The position numbers and the translations under genes were made by a program. This document shows, in pieces, positions 49,787-59,248 of a stretch of DNA of 64,000 bases (its first letter is position 1; each line of letters starts with the position of its first letter). A model generated the notes under the pieces. The model saw nothing but the letters and a program-made list of their open reading frames with translations, was not told the DNA's origin and made no database searches. This DNA comes from an uncultured Desulfosarcina sp. (GTDB lineage Bacteria > Desulfobacterota > Desulfobacteria > Desulfobacterales > Desulfosarcinaceae), in assembly GCA_963674945.2 (NCBI GenBank), contig CAXXWQ010000001.1, forward strand, positions 370,176-434,175. The letters are read 5' to 3'.

Positions 49787-50071
49787 ATGCTCGAAACAAA
49801 CAAAAATAAAATCTGCTTTTGGCATAGACGCCATCCAGGGTCATACAGAATGGGTGATATCAATGTCGAACAAATATGGCACTCGGACGGCGTGTGTGCT
49901 GACAATTTTATGTGGCATGTAATCGTTTCCGGGAAAACACTCATTACGTGGGCTTATCTAAAAGAAGCTAAGAGGGAAGCGCATTTAATCGATAGATATA
50001 TAAAGGCCAACCTCTCTATCAACTGGACGCATGACAATTTGTCGCGCCTGATTAGTCGGTCCTGGGAATAG
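49787..50071 (+). CDS. hypothetical phage protein
   Basis: Operon context. Confidence 0.5.
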   Translation: MLETNKNKICFWHRRHPGSYRMGDINVEQIWHSDGVCADNFMWHVIVSGKTLITWAYLKEAKREAHLIDRYIKANLSINWTHDNLSRLISRSWE

Positions 50072-50076
50072 AAACG

Positions 50077-50433
50077 ATGGAGCAACTTGAACTATTCGAT
50101 ACCCCACCACAGCCGGAGCCAGTTCAACGCATCGGGAAACTAACCCATTTCGCAGTGATAGAAAAATCCAATAGCGTTGAGGCTATATGGGGAGTGGGCA
50201 GGAGCCGGAAGGCGGCAATGGATGATGCCGTGAAAGCGTTTAGGGATGGATGGCATAATGAGTACGGAATTCGGACCCGCAAACATTTAGAAGAGGCGCT
50301 GACTGATGGCGAATTGATTATTACCCGGTGCACGCGGCGACTGGCGAGGAATGTTCTGAAATATGGCGGAGAAATCGCCTTTAATTATTCCCCTGAGAAT
50401 GGCGCGTGTTTGCCGGGTGATTTAGGTGTTTAA
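50077..50433 (+). CDS. hypothetical phage protein
   Basis: Operon context. Confidence 0.6.
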   Translation: MEQLELFDTPPQPEPVQRIGKLTHFAVIEKSNSVEAIWGVGRSRKAAMDDAVKAFRDGWHNEYGIRTRKHLEEALTDGELIITRCTRRLARNVLKYGGEIAFNYSPENGACLPGDLGV

Positions 50434-50451
50434 CTACATGGAGTTCGGACG

Positions 50452-50718
50452 ATGACATTGATGCAAAGGTTGTCTTTATTTCTGGCAAAGCGATACTTAA
50501 AAGTCCATCATTTCAGGATTCGTGGGAATGCAGATAATGTTATTTATGCAACAGGAGATGTTCTGTTGTCGCCGAATGCGTTGCGTTTCTTCATTGCCGC
50601 CGGAAAATCGAGTCAATCTGGATGGGAAATGGAGGAAGTGCGTGTCGTTGATGGACAATTCAGAGGGTTGAATCCACCGAAAATATTGAAAAACAGGACG
50701 TTAAAAAAGCTCATTTAG
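50452..50718 (+). CDS. hypothetical phage protein
   Basis: GGAG RBS, operon context. Confidence 0.5.
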   Translation: MTLMQRLSLFLAKRYLKVHHFRIRGNADNVIYATGDVLLSPNALRFFIAAGKSSQSGWEMEEVRVVDGQFRGLNPPKILKNRTLKKLI

Positions 50719-50725
50719 TCGACCG

Positions 50726-51043
50726 ATGACAGAATACCGCCACAAAATAAAACACGATGACCTGCCGGACGAACTTCGATATGTGGCCGATCTTATCGGG
50801 ATGGAGGCTCTGTTGCGATTGATAGGAGGGTTCGGCGGCAGCCCGCTGAACCTGCCCACCATCGGCAGCATCGCAAAAAACGCGCGCAACAGAGCCATCT
50901 GTTCCGAATTTAACGGCAAGAATTACCGCGAACTCGCCGTGAAATATGGATTGACAGTTCGATGGGTCAGGATAATACTCGCCAAAGGAGGATGTATTGG
51001 CAAAAAGCAATCCTCCGGACAAATCCAACTCTCTTTGTTTTGA
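50726..51043 (+). CDS. mor: Mor/C family transcription activator
   Basis: LI..FGG..L.LP, RNRAI..EFNG.NYRELA.KYGLT.RWVR.I. Confidence 0.9.
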   Translation: MTEYRHKIKHDDLPDELRYVADLIGMEALLRLIGGFGGSPLNLPTIGSIAKNARNRAICSEFNGKNYRELAVKYGLTVRWVRIILAKGGCIGKKQSSGQIQLSLF

Positions 51044-51083
51044 CCACCCTCCCAACTAAAAAACCCAAAAAGGGAAGTGAAAT

Positions 51084-51099
51084 AGTGAAGTAGTTCACT
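51084..51099. promoter_or_regulatory. candidate Mor/C activator site of the late promoter
   Basis: Dyad AGTGAA-gtag-TTCACT between mor and the lysis genes. Confidence 0.45.
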
Positions 51100-51185
51100 T
51101 GTGTGTTCACACGACTGCATGAGATCTTTCCATCATCGACGCCGGCGAACAGCAAAGCCGGCTGGAAATTTTGGAAGCCGAGTCC

Positions 51186-51593
51186 ATGACGCCTATCATT
51201 GAGCTAATTCGCCTGGAGGAAAACGCAGATTTCGGTACGTTCGGCGTGCTCCGGATCAACAAGCAGGTGTTCTGCGTGACGCTGGAACCGGCTGACCTTG
51301 AGAACGCAAGGGGCCGATCCTCCATTCCGGCGCAGCAATACAGATTGAAACGGGTTTTTTCAGAACGATTCGGCGAGACGTTCGAAGTGTGCGATGTCCC
51401 CGGTCGCGATTTTATCAGGTTCCACCCCGGCAACGAAATCGACGACACCGAGGGATGTATCCTGCTGGCACAGCACTTCGGCACGCTCAAAGCTGTCCGC
51501 GCCGTGCTCAATTCCGGGCGCGCGTTTCAGGCATTCATGGATGTGATGGGAGAAAACGACTCGGCCCATCTGACAATTTACGAGCAATTTTAG
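51186..51593 (+). CDS. DUF5675-like putative endolysin
   Basis: GTFG.L, C.TLE, SSIPA..Y, VPGR..I.FHPGN...DTEGCIL. Confidence 0.8.
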   Translation: MTPIIELIRLEENADFGTFGVLRINKQVFCVTLEPADLENARGRSSIPAQQYRLKRVFSERFGETFEVCDVPGRDFIRFHPGNEIDDTEGCILLAQHFGTLKAVRAVLNSGRAFQAFMDVMGENDSAHLTIYEQF

Positions 51594-51606
51594 GGAGGAT
51601 TCTCTT

Positions 51607-52197
51607 ATGGAAACAAAGTCCGCGATCAAATCTAAAACAATCAATTTCAATGCCATCGTGCTCGCCGCCATTTCGATTATGGCTGCGTTAGGTGTGGATT
51701 TGCCGGACGGGTTCTATCAGGCGATGCTGGCCGCCGTCCCCATACTCAACATTATTCTTCGGTTCGTTACAAAAGGCGCAGTCTCACTGGGCAGCCAGAC
51801 CAACGGACAGAGCGGGCGGGCGTCTGTTGGCGTTCTAATCATAATCTGCGCTCTGTCCATCTGTCCATTGATGGTGTTTATGCAGGGATGTGCCGGCCAA
51901 AGCGCCACAGAGCAGATAAAATCGCAAACCAACGATCCGGGCACCATCGCGGTTGCGGTTTATGCCGACGCCCAGGACGCATATATCGAGGCCCAGGAGT
52001 TATATCTCCCTTACCAACAGACCCTGATCGAAACCAATCCGGATCTCAACCATCAAATCGTCGGTTATTTTCGCAAGGCAAATAAGATCCTGGATGACTG
52101 GGCTGCCTTTGGAGAGATACCGGCGGAGGACAAGGTGTTGTTTCGTGATTACCTGCGGCAGATTACGATCAGTATTGCAAAAGCCGCTGAGCAATAA
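51607..52197 (+). CDS. holin-like N-terminus fused to lipoprotein-like domain
   Basis: K...KSKTI.FN, NIILRFVTK..V holin-like motif; third hydrophobic segment ending QGC; soluble helical tail. Confidence 0.6.
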   Translation: METKSAIKSKTINFNAIVLAAISIMAALGVDLPDGFYQAMLAAVPILNIILRFVTKGAVSLGSQTNGQSGRASVGVLIIICALSICPLMVFMQGCAGQSATEQIKSQTNDPGTIAVAVYADAQDAYIEAQELYLPYQQTLIETNPDLNHQIVGYFRKANKILDDWAAFGEIPAEDKVLFRDYLRQITISIAKAAEQ

Positions 52198-52218
52198 CGA
52201 TAAACGAAAGGACAGGCC

Positions 52219-52398
52219 ATGCCTGAAACAAAAGATTTGCCGATTGTAGAAACCGCCATCGCCCTGAATCTCATCTATGACATCATCGATCGCGTGAAAA
52301 AGTACCAGGGCATAGAGCTGACGCCGGAAACCATCGGGAGGTATATTGTCGAACGGAAGAGCCGGAGAGAACAACTGAACGCCAAGTTGGGCGTGTAG
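52219..52398 (+). CDS. small phage protein (59 aa, not in ORF track)
   Basis: AAGGA RBS, fills the gap in the lysis operon. Confidence 0.55.
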   Translation: MPETKDLPIVETAIALNLIYDIIDRVKKYQGIELTPETIGRYIVERKSRREQLNAKLGV

Positions 52399-52418
52399 GC
52401 CGAAGAAGCGGAATAATC

Positions 52419-52622
52419 ATGGACGATGGCGATCGCGGCCTGAAGGTGACCGACATGCTCTTTCAGGCCGCGATGGAAAACCACAAACTACGACCTGTCG
52501 GGATAGGGCAACTCATGTACTGCGAGGATTGCGGAGAAGAAATACCGAAAGCACGGCGGGATGCATATCCGGGATGCACGCGGTGCACCATCTGTCAAAC
52601 CGAATTTGAAAGGATGGCATAA
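52419..52622 (+). CDS. TraR/DksA C4-type zinc finger protein
   Basis: D..D, CEDCGEEIP.ARR.A.PGC.RC..CQ. Confidence 0.9.
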   Translation: MDDGDRGLKVTDMLFQAAMENHKLRPVGIGQLMYCEDCGEEIPKARRDAYPGCTRCTICQTEFERMA

Positions 52623-52985
52623 TTGGAAACGATTAGCTCCCCTCTGGTGCAATGGGTAGTAAATCTTCTTGGGTTGCCGGGCGTGATTTTCATCATTTGG
52701 TTCTTCGATTATAAGAGGGATCAAAGAAAAGACGAATCCAGAGATCGTGCTGTCAATGCCACATTGACTCAATACAAGGAAGATGTTTCCGCCATTAAAA
52801 ATCTGTACGAGAACAATGTCGAGTTGGTCAAAACATATGAAAAAACATACGTCCGCCTTGAGAACCTTTACAGCGAAACCTTGTCGGTCATTTCCCTGAA
52901 CACACAGGCCCAGACCAAATTGGTTGAGAAAATCGAAAAAAACATGTTTTGCCCTGCCGTTAGGGAGAAGGGGGCGGTCGAATGA
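52623..52985 (+). CDS. phage membrane-anchored coiled-coil protein
   Basis: One TM followed by heptad-rich region. Confidence 0.6.
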   Translation: METISSPLVQWVVNLLGLPGVIFIIWFFDYKRDQRKDESRDRAVNATLTQYKEDVSAIKNLYENNVELVKTYEKTYVRLENLYSETLSVISLNTQAQTKLVEKIEKNMFCPAVREKGAVE

Positions 52986-53230
52986 ACATTGAGAGAGCCA
53001 TTTTGATGGGTCATCTTTCAGAGTTTAAAATGAAAAAAATGGAGCTGGAGACTTCTATTTCAGCCAATATCCGCGCAACGCAGAATTTTTTGGCCGGCGC
53101 CAACATCCGTCCTCTTTCCGAAATTGATGTTGACTCCGCCCTTGTCAACTTGCGGGAAGCAGCGCGGCAAAAAAAAGAGCTGTCCGGCATCTTAGAGAAA
53201 ATTCGAACCACAGAGCTGGAGCTGGCATAA
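52982..53230 (+). CDS. hypothetical phage protein
   Basis: Coupled to both neighbours. Confidence 0.6.
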   Translation: MNIERAILMGHLSEFKMKKMELETSISANIRATQNFLAGANIRPLSEIDVDSALVNLREAARQKKELSGILEKIRTTELELA

Positions 53231-53752
53231 ATGGCTACGGTCAAAACAAACAGCCGGGTTGAAACCGATCTTCCCATAGAGATTCGTCAAGCAGTCAATC
53301 GCCTGCTCCTGGAGCCAGGCACAACGTATGATGACGTTGCGGCCTTTGTTAAATCAAAAGGGTACGACATCAGTAGATCATCCATTGGCCGGTATGGGAA
53401 ACGATTTCTCGAAGCATACAAGAACATCAAGCAATTCGAGGACCAGGCCAAAGCAATAACAAGCGGAGTTGAGGAGGGGATGCCGATGGAAGAGGCCGTC
53501 GGCAAGTTGCTTCTCCAGAAAGTAATGGCGGCACTCGTGGACGGAACGGCTGACATCACCGAGAATTCCCGTCTCATTTCCGATGTGGCCAAGCTTCAGA
53601 GCGCACATATACAAATGGCAAAATGGAAAAATGACGTTCGCAAGATGGTTCTGGAAGAGGCTGCCGATCGCGTGGGCGAAGCGGCAAGGGCGCAAGGCAT
53701 GGATGAGGATCAGGCCCGGTTCTGGCGGGAGAAAGTTCTGGGAGTGGTTTAA
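53231..53752 (+). CDS. DUF3486 / Mu gp27-like terminase small subunit
   Basis: S.V...LP, G..ISRSSIGRYG, ends F.REKVLG. Confidence 0.85.
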   Translation: MATVKTNSRVETDLPIEIRQAVNRLLLEPGTTYDDVAAFVKSKGYDISRSSIGRYGKRFLEAYKNIKQFEDQAKAITSGVEEGMPMEEAVGKLLLQKVMAALVDGTADITENSRLISDVAKLQSAHIQMAKWKNDVRKMVLEEAADRVGEAARAQGMDEDQARFWREKVLGVV

Positions 53753-55399
53753 ATGGCAGCCCTGGCACCGCTGAAAGACACGCAGCGCACGATTGACTGG
53801 GAGGAGCTTCCGGCCAAGGTGCGCAATATTCCGGAAGGGTTTGATCCGCTTTCCGAAGGCGTGTTGATGAAACACCAGGCGGAGTGGATCAAAATAAAAT
53901 GCCCCGTCAAGGCTGGAGAAAAAGGCCGGCGCACCGGGATCACCTTTTGCGAGGCCCTGGACGATACCATCACGGCCGGTACCCGAAAGGAAGCCGGCGG
54001 CGACAATGTGTATTATATCGGCGACACAAAGGAAAAAGGGCTTGAGTTCATCGGTTACTGCGCCAAGTTCGCCCGCGTCATCATGGAGGCCCAGGGACAA
54101 GGGATTTCCGATATCGAGGCGTTTCTCTTCGAGGACCAGGACGAAAAGGGAAACACCAAGCACATCGCCGCCTACCGGATCCGGTTCGCATCCGGATTCC
54201 AGATCGTGGCCCTTTCCTCACGACCGTCAAACATACGCGGCCTGCAAGGTATCGTTGTCATCGACGAGGCGGCCTTCCATGCCGATGTGCAAGGCGTCCT
54301 TGACGCGGCAACAGCCCTTTTGATCTGGGGCGGCAAGATCCGCATCATATCCACCCACAATGGGATAGACAATCCATTTAATCAGCTCATCCGGGACATC
54401 AACAACGGTATGTACGGCGACAAGACCGAGGCGGTTGTTTACAAGGTGACTTTCGATGACGCTGTGGCAAATGGTCTGTATGAGCGGGTTTGTTTAATGA
54501 AGGGCCAGGCTGCCACGGAAGAAGGGAAAAAGCGCTGGTACAACCGGATCCGCAACGCATATGGCCCGAGAAAGGCCGCCATGCGCGAGGAGCTTGACGC
54601 AATTCCGCGCGATTCTGGCGGGATGTGCATTCCCGGTGTTTGGATTGAGCGGGCGATGCCGCAAGTAAGGCCAGTGCAACGATTGGTGTGCGACGATGAC
54701 TTCGAGCATCTTTCCGCAGCCGAACGAACGAAGTGGGGTAAAGTGTGGATCAGGGCCAACCTGGATCCGTTATTCGGACCGCTTGATCAACAGGTCAGAT
54801 ACGTGGCCGGAATGGACTTTGCCCGCCATCGGCATTTTTCAGTAATCGCCCCGATCGCCATAACTTCCCAGCTCATGCGCCGGGTTCCGTTCGTCATCGA
54901 AATGCAGAATGTCCCACTGGGACAGCAGATTCAAATCCTTTGGTCGCTATTAAGGGCCTTGCCAAATTTCCGTGGTGTTGCCATCGACGCTACAGGCCCA
55001 GGTCTGGGCCTTGCCGAGCTGACCGCAGACGAGTTCGGATGGAGCATGGTTCACCAGGTCGACCTGTCCCGGAAATGGTACGGGGAGTGGATGCCAAAGA
55101 TGACAAAAGGTTTCGAGGACGGCATTTATGACCTTCCCAGGGACGTTTCCATCGAATCGGATTTGCGCGCCGTCGAATCCATCGACGGCATTCCCATGGT
55201 GCCGAAAGTGCAACGCAAGGACTTGAAGGATCCGGATCTATACCGGCATGGAGATTTTGCCATCGCTCTTGCCCTTGGAGAGTATGCAGCACTCAACCAG
55301 GTCGCATCGATGCCGACGGTGATTACCGGATCGCCACGCGCGATGGTGCAGCGAACGCATCGTTTTCTTGAGGGCCGGCCCCCGATGACGGCATATTAG
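53753..55399 (+). CDS. terminase large subunit (Mu gp28-like)
   Basis: EKGRRTGIT, RGLQG.VVIDEAAFH, IISTHNG, GMDFAR, IDATG.G, RHGD.AIA. Confidence 0.92.
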   Translation: MAALAPLKDTQRTIDWEELPAKVRNIPEGFDPLSEGVLMKHQAEWIKIKCPVKAGEKGRRTGITFCEALDDTITAGTRKEAGGDNVYYIGDTKEKGLEFIGYCAKFARVIMEAQGQGISDIEAFLFEDQDEKGNTKHIAAYRIRFASGFQIVALSSRPSNIRGLQGIVVIDEAAFHADVQGVLDAATALLIWGGKIRIISTHNGIDNPFNQLIRDINNGMYGDKTEAVVYKVTFDDAVANGLYERVCLMKGQAATEEGKKRWYNRIRNAYGPRKAAMREELDAIPRDSGGMCIPGVWIERAMPQVRPVQRLVCDDDFEHLSAAERTKWGKVWIRANLDPLFGPLDQQVRYVAGMDFARHRHFSVIAPIAITSQLMRRVPFVIEMQNVPLGQQIQILWSLLRALPNFRGVAIDATGPGLGLAELTADEFGWSMVHQVDLSRKWYGEWMPKMTKGFEDGIYDLPRDVSIESDLRAVESIDGIPMVPKVQRKDLKDPDLYRHGDFAIALALGEYAALNQVASMPTVITGSPRAMVQRTHRFLEGRPPMTAY

Positions 55400-55408
55400 G
55401 AGCATTCT

Positions 55409-56908
55409 TTGAAACTCTGGACATCTCCAACCGAATACATCGAGATCGATAAGGGCCGCGACGTTATGTCGTCCGAGATCGCCATCCGCAGCCGGTCGAT
55501 GGACTGGTGGGGCATGTTCGGCTACCTTCCCGATCCGGACCCGGTGCTGGAAAAGCTGGGACAGGACGTATCGGTATATCGCGAGCTGCTGGCCGATGCC
55601 CATGTGTGGAGCTGCTATGACAGCCGGAAGTCCGGCGTGCTGTCATGCGAATGGGAAGTGCGGCCCGGAGGCGATTCGAAGGCGGACAAGGCAGCGGCCG
55701 AACTTTGCGAAGCGTTCATGGACGGCATCGATGCCTACCAGGTCATCGTTGAAATGCTCGACGCGCCGTTTTTCGGCATGAGCCCCATCGAGGTGACGTG
55801 GGGCGCCGATGGAAAGTACTGGCTGCCGAAAAAGGTGGAGGGTAAACCGCCCGAGTGGTTCGTGTTCGGCGAGGAGAACGACCTCCGGTTTTTGTCCATG
55901 GAGAACCAAACCGATGGCGAAATCCTGCCGGCGGGCAAGTTTATTCTTCCCCGCCATCATGCCACATACCTAAACCCGTATGGGGAAAAGGTGCTGTCCC
56001 GATGCTTCTGGCCGGTTGCCTTCAAAAAAGGCGGGTTCCAGTTCTGGGCTGTCTTCACCGAGAAATTCGGCATGCCCTGGCTGATCGGAAAGGTTCCACG
56101 GTCGACCAACGACGGGGACCGGGGGCGATTGCTCTCCTCTCTTTCCCAGATGGTCCAGGACGCCGTGGCCGTGATCAACGATGATGAATCGATCACCGCT
56201 CTGGAATTCAGTTCGAAGTCCGCTTCCGCAGATATTTACGAGAACCTTATCTCCGCATGCAACCGGGAGGTGTCCAAGGCCGTGTTGGGCCAGACCCTGT
56301 CCACGGAGCTGGACAAGGGCGGATCCTACGCCGCCACCCAGGGACACCTGGAGGTGCGTGCGGATATCGTGGACAAGGACAAGCGGATGGTGAAAAGCGC
56401 ATTCACCCAGTTGTTCGGATGGATCTCCGTACTCAACGTTCCCAACGCCATACCGCCGGAGTTCGCCTGGTACGAAGAAGACGATGTCCAGAGCGATCGC
56501 GCCGAGCGCGACACCCAGTTGAAAGCCCAGGGCGTTCGCTTCACACCGGTTTACTACCAGCGGACCTATAACCTCGAGCCGGACGATTTTACCGTAACAG
56601 CGGCGCCGGATCCGGTCGACGATACGGCAACGCCGGAAAATGGCGGAGCGTTCGCCGAGACGGATGACGATGCGGCCGACCGGTATGCCGCGCGTGCCGA
56701 TAAAGAAAGCGCTGCGGCGATGGATTCTCTTCTCTCTCCAGTGCGGGACTTGCTTGATTCCGTAGATACCATGGAGGCGTTCCGTGACGGGCTAATCGAA
56801 TTGTATCCTGACATGCAGCCGGACGCCATCGGCAACATCATGGAAAAGGCCCTGACCGCCGCCGATCTGGCCGGCCGCCACGAAATCACCCAGGGGATTG
56901 ATCTGTGA
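55409..56908 (+). CDS. portal protein (DUF935, Mu gp29-like)
   Basis: DAHV.S...RK, NPYG, W..F.EKFGMP, LGQTL.T..GSYAA..H.EVR. Confidence 0.92.
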   Translation: MKLWTSPTEYIEIDKGRDVMSSEIAIRSRSMDWWGMFGYLPDPDPVLEKLGQDVSVYRELLADAHVWSCYDSRKSGVLSCEWEVRPGGDSKADKAAAELCEAFMDGIDAYQVIVEMLDAPFFGMSPIEVTWGADGKYWLPKKVEGKPPEWFVFGEENDLRFLSMENQTDGEILPAGKFILPRHHATYLNPYGEKVLSRCFWPVAFKKGGFQFWAVFTEKFGMPWLIGKVPRSTNDGDRGRLLSSLSQMVQDAVAVINDDESITALEFSSKSASADIYENLISACNREVSKAVLGQTLSTELDKGGSYAATQGHLEVRADIVDKDKRMVKSAFTQLFGWISVLNVPNAIPPEFAWYEEDDVQSDRAERDTQLKAQGVRFTPVYYQRTYNLEPDDFTVTAAPDPVDDTATPENGGAFAETDDDAADRYAARADKESAAAMDSLLSPVRDLLDSVDTMEAFRDGLIELYPDMQPDAIGNIMEKALTAADLAGRHEITQGIDL

Positions 56909-58137
56909 CCGTAACTTCCCAAATGCAATATGCCAGCCTTCCCTTTGACGAGGCGATCGCGTTTTTTCGCGGCAAGGTCAATATCCCGACGCGACACTGG
57001 AACGACTTATGGCAGGGCATGCACGCGCGCGGGTTCATGATCGCCGGCGCCATGAAGGATGAACTTCTCTGCGATCTTCGCACATCCGTAGACAAGGCCA
57101 TCTCCAAGGGAACGACAATCGCAGATTTCCGCAAAGACTTCGATGCGCTGGTGCAAAAACACGGATGGTCATACAAGGGCGGCCGTGGGTGGCGCACACG
57201 GGTGATCTACGACACCAACCTTCGCCAGGCATACAACGCCGGGCGGGAAAAACAGATCAACGATCCGGCCCTGAAAAAACTCAATCCGTACAGCCTTTAC
57301 CGGCATGGAGACAGCATTCACCCGCGCGAAACGCATCTATCCTGGGATGGCCTCGTGCTGCCGTCGGACGATCCGTGGTGGCAGACCCACACACCAATGA
57401 ACGGCTGGGGATGCAAGTGCAAGAAGTTCGCCGTTGGCAGACGCTATATGGAGAAGATGGGAAAAAGCACTCCGGACACTGCCCCGGACGATGGAACCTA
57501 TCAGTGGACCGACAAGCAGGGCAAGACGCATACGATCCCCAACGGCATCGATCCGGGCTTTGATTACAACGTGGGTGAAGCGGCATGGGGCCGGGACCAG
57601 GCCAAGCGTCTGGCGGAAGATAAAGGACCGTGGATCGACATGAATCCGAAGCATCCGGAGAACTATGGGCGCGCACCGATCGGAGAGTCCGTCGACGTGG
57701 CAAAGGCGAGCCTCGGAAAGCCAGTGAAAAAAGGAAATGAGGAAGGGCTTCGTTCGGCATTGCGCAAGGCCATCGGCGGCGATGAGGTCATGATGACCGA
57801 CCCGGCCGGCGGAAACGTGATGGTCACCCAGGCCATCGTCGATCACATCGTCGAAAAGCCGGACACCAGGTGGGACGGAAGGGACGCATACTTTCCGCTG
57901 ATCCGCGAGCTGATCGAGGAGCCATACGAGATCTGGGTATCGTTTGCCAAGAGCGCCGTCTCCGGTCGCGTCGGCATCCGAAGGAAATACGTCAAGGCCG
58001 TTCGGATCGGAAAGAACAAGGTTCTCGGATTGTGGGCGGAAACCATGAACGGCCAACTGGTGAGCAAGGATTTTTTCCGGGGCTCTCTGACCGGGGCGGC
58101 AAATTTGCGAAAAGGACACTTGATTTATGGCCGGTAG
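56905..58137 (+). CDS. MuF (gp30-like) head morphogenesis protein with C-terminal PBECR2-like nuclease domain
   Basis: IYDTNLR.AY.AGR, R..HL.WDG, P.DDPWW..H.P.NGWGCKC; tail DH....R.DGR..Y.P.I.E.IE.P.EIW...RKY.K. Confidence 0.82.
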   Translation: MTVTSQMQYASLPFDEAIAFFRGKVNIPTRHWNDLWQGMHARGFMIAGAMKDELLCDLRTSVDKAISKGTTIADFRKDFDALVQKHGWSYKGGRGWRTRVIYDTNLRQAYNAGREKQINDPALKKLNPYSLYRHGDSIHPRETHLSWDGLVLPSDDPWWQTHTPMNGWGCKCKKFAVGRRYMEKMGKSTPDTAPDDGTYQWTDKQGKTHTIPNGIDPGFDYNVGEAAWGRDQAKRLAEDKGPWIDMNPKHPENYGRAPIGESVDVAKASLGKPVKKGNEEGLRSALRKAIGGDEVMMTDPAGGNVMVTQAIVDHIVEKPDTRWDGRDAYFPLIRELIEEPYEIWVSFAKSAVSGRVGIRRKYVKAVRIGKNKVLGLWAETMNGQLVSKDFFRGSLTGAANLRKGHLIYGR

Positions 58138-58296
58138 CAACGACGCACGGAGAGCCCCAAAACTGGACGATCTCGGTTTATCGCGTGTCAGTACCCGCGA
58201 GAGAGGCCGATCGGGCGATATCGAGGGATTTAAAGACGGTTTTAATGCGGTTGCGACAAGCGGATGTGATGTGATTCGTCTGAGGTTGGAAGCTCC

Positions 58297-58358
58297 CGGA
58301 CCCCGCGCGGTCCGTAGCGCCCGGCAAACGGCCTATGGTGCGCGGCCCGGCCGATGCC
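58297..58358 (+). ncRNA. candidate structured RNA (two hairpins with complementary loops)
   Basis: CGGACC/GGTCCG stem with loop CCGCGC complementary to GCGCGG inside a GGCA..CGGCC/GGCCG.TGCC hairpin. Confidence 0.4.
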
Positions 58359-58398
58359 TGCAAAGCCAATCTATAACACGATGCAAAAAGGTGCAAGT

Positions 58399-58905
58399 AT
58401 GAAAAAACTCGTTTGTTTCGCCACCATGTTGATCTGTTTGCTCATTGCCGGCCAGGCGTTCGCTGCGGGCAGCGTCGATGTCAACGGCGTCAAGGTCGGC
58501 CGCGACAATATCCATATCGTTTTCGCCTGCACCGGCGACGCATCGGACGGCAGCGTGCCTGACACGGCAATCCCCTCCACCTGGTTGGAGGTACTCAGGA
58601 AGAACAATTATTACCTCGTCGATGTCAAAACGCTGACGACGGCGGGCGGAACCGATCCGGAAACGGCCGACGTACAGGTCCTGGAATCCAGTCTCGCAAT
58701 ATCGGAGACGGTCGATATCGCGCCATCGACGCCGAGGGATGTCTTGCTCGGCGCCGGAGCAAACTTGATTCACCCAACCGAGGCAAGGGCAATCGGTCCG
58801 GCCATGCCCATTTATGAACCGGTATCCGGATCATTGTCCTTACGAGTCGTCGGACAGGCAACGGCATCGGCGAATTATACGGTCATCCTTGTCTTCAGCA
58901 AGTAG
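58399..58905 (+). CDS. secreted beta-rich hypothetical protein
   Basis: Sec signal ending AFA-A. Confidence 0.7.
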   Translation: MKKLVCFATMLICLLIAGQAFAAGSVDVNGVKVGRDNIHIVFACTGDASDGSVPDTAIPSTWLEVLRKNNYYLVDVKTLTTAGGTDPETADVQVLESSLAISETVDIAPSTPRDVLLGAGANLIHPTEARAIGPAMPIYEPVSGSLSLRVVGQATASANYTVILVFSK

Positions 58906-58914
58906 GGGGCAATA

Positions 58915-59103
58915 ATGAGAAAAGCGATCACGATATTTCTTTGCATCTTTTTCCTCGCCGTGCCGGCAACGCATGCCGAGAAAAAGCCAACGCCGTCGCC
59001 TGTATTGCGGGTTGCCGATCTTGCCAATTGTCCTGCGAACAGGACCTGTATCGATGGCGATGGCAACGTTTCGGCACCTTCGTTAACGATAGGATGTGCG
59101 TAA
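58915..59103 (+). CDS. small secreted Cys-containing protein
   Basis: AGGGGG RBS, signal peptide ending THA-E, 62 aa. Confidence 0.55.
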   Translation: MRKAITIFLCIFFLAVPATHAEKKPTPSPVLRVADLANCPANRTCIDGDGNVSAPSLTIGCA

Positions 59104-59165
59104 CCTTTAATCGTATTTAAAATTTGGGCCGATGGGGGCTGATCACCCCCGGACGCAATAGCGAA

Positions 59166-59216
59166 GCAAAAAGGGGCCGTGTGGGGCCACACTCTCACAC
59201 GTGCCCCTTTTTGTTT
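59166..59216 (+). terminator. long hairpin / terminator-like structure before the head protease gene
   Basis: CAAAAAGGGGC.CGTGTG ... CACACG.GCCCCTTTTTG followed by TTT. Confidence 0.55.
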
Positions 59217-59248
59217 GGCCCAAACCAATAAACGCAAAGGATTCGTAA

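Noticed and set aside
52419..52622. Phage TraR/DksA finger as a novelty
   Set aside because: Common in Mu-like and P2-like phages.
58127..58402. 91-aa ORF as immunity protein of the MuF nuclease
   Set aside because: Arg/Ala/Gly-rich composition typical of translated structured GC-rich DNA and no motif. Not fully excluded, because it overlaps both neighbours.
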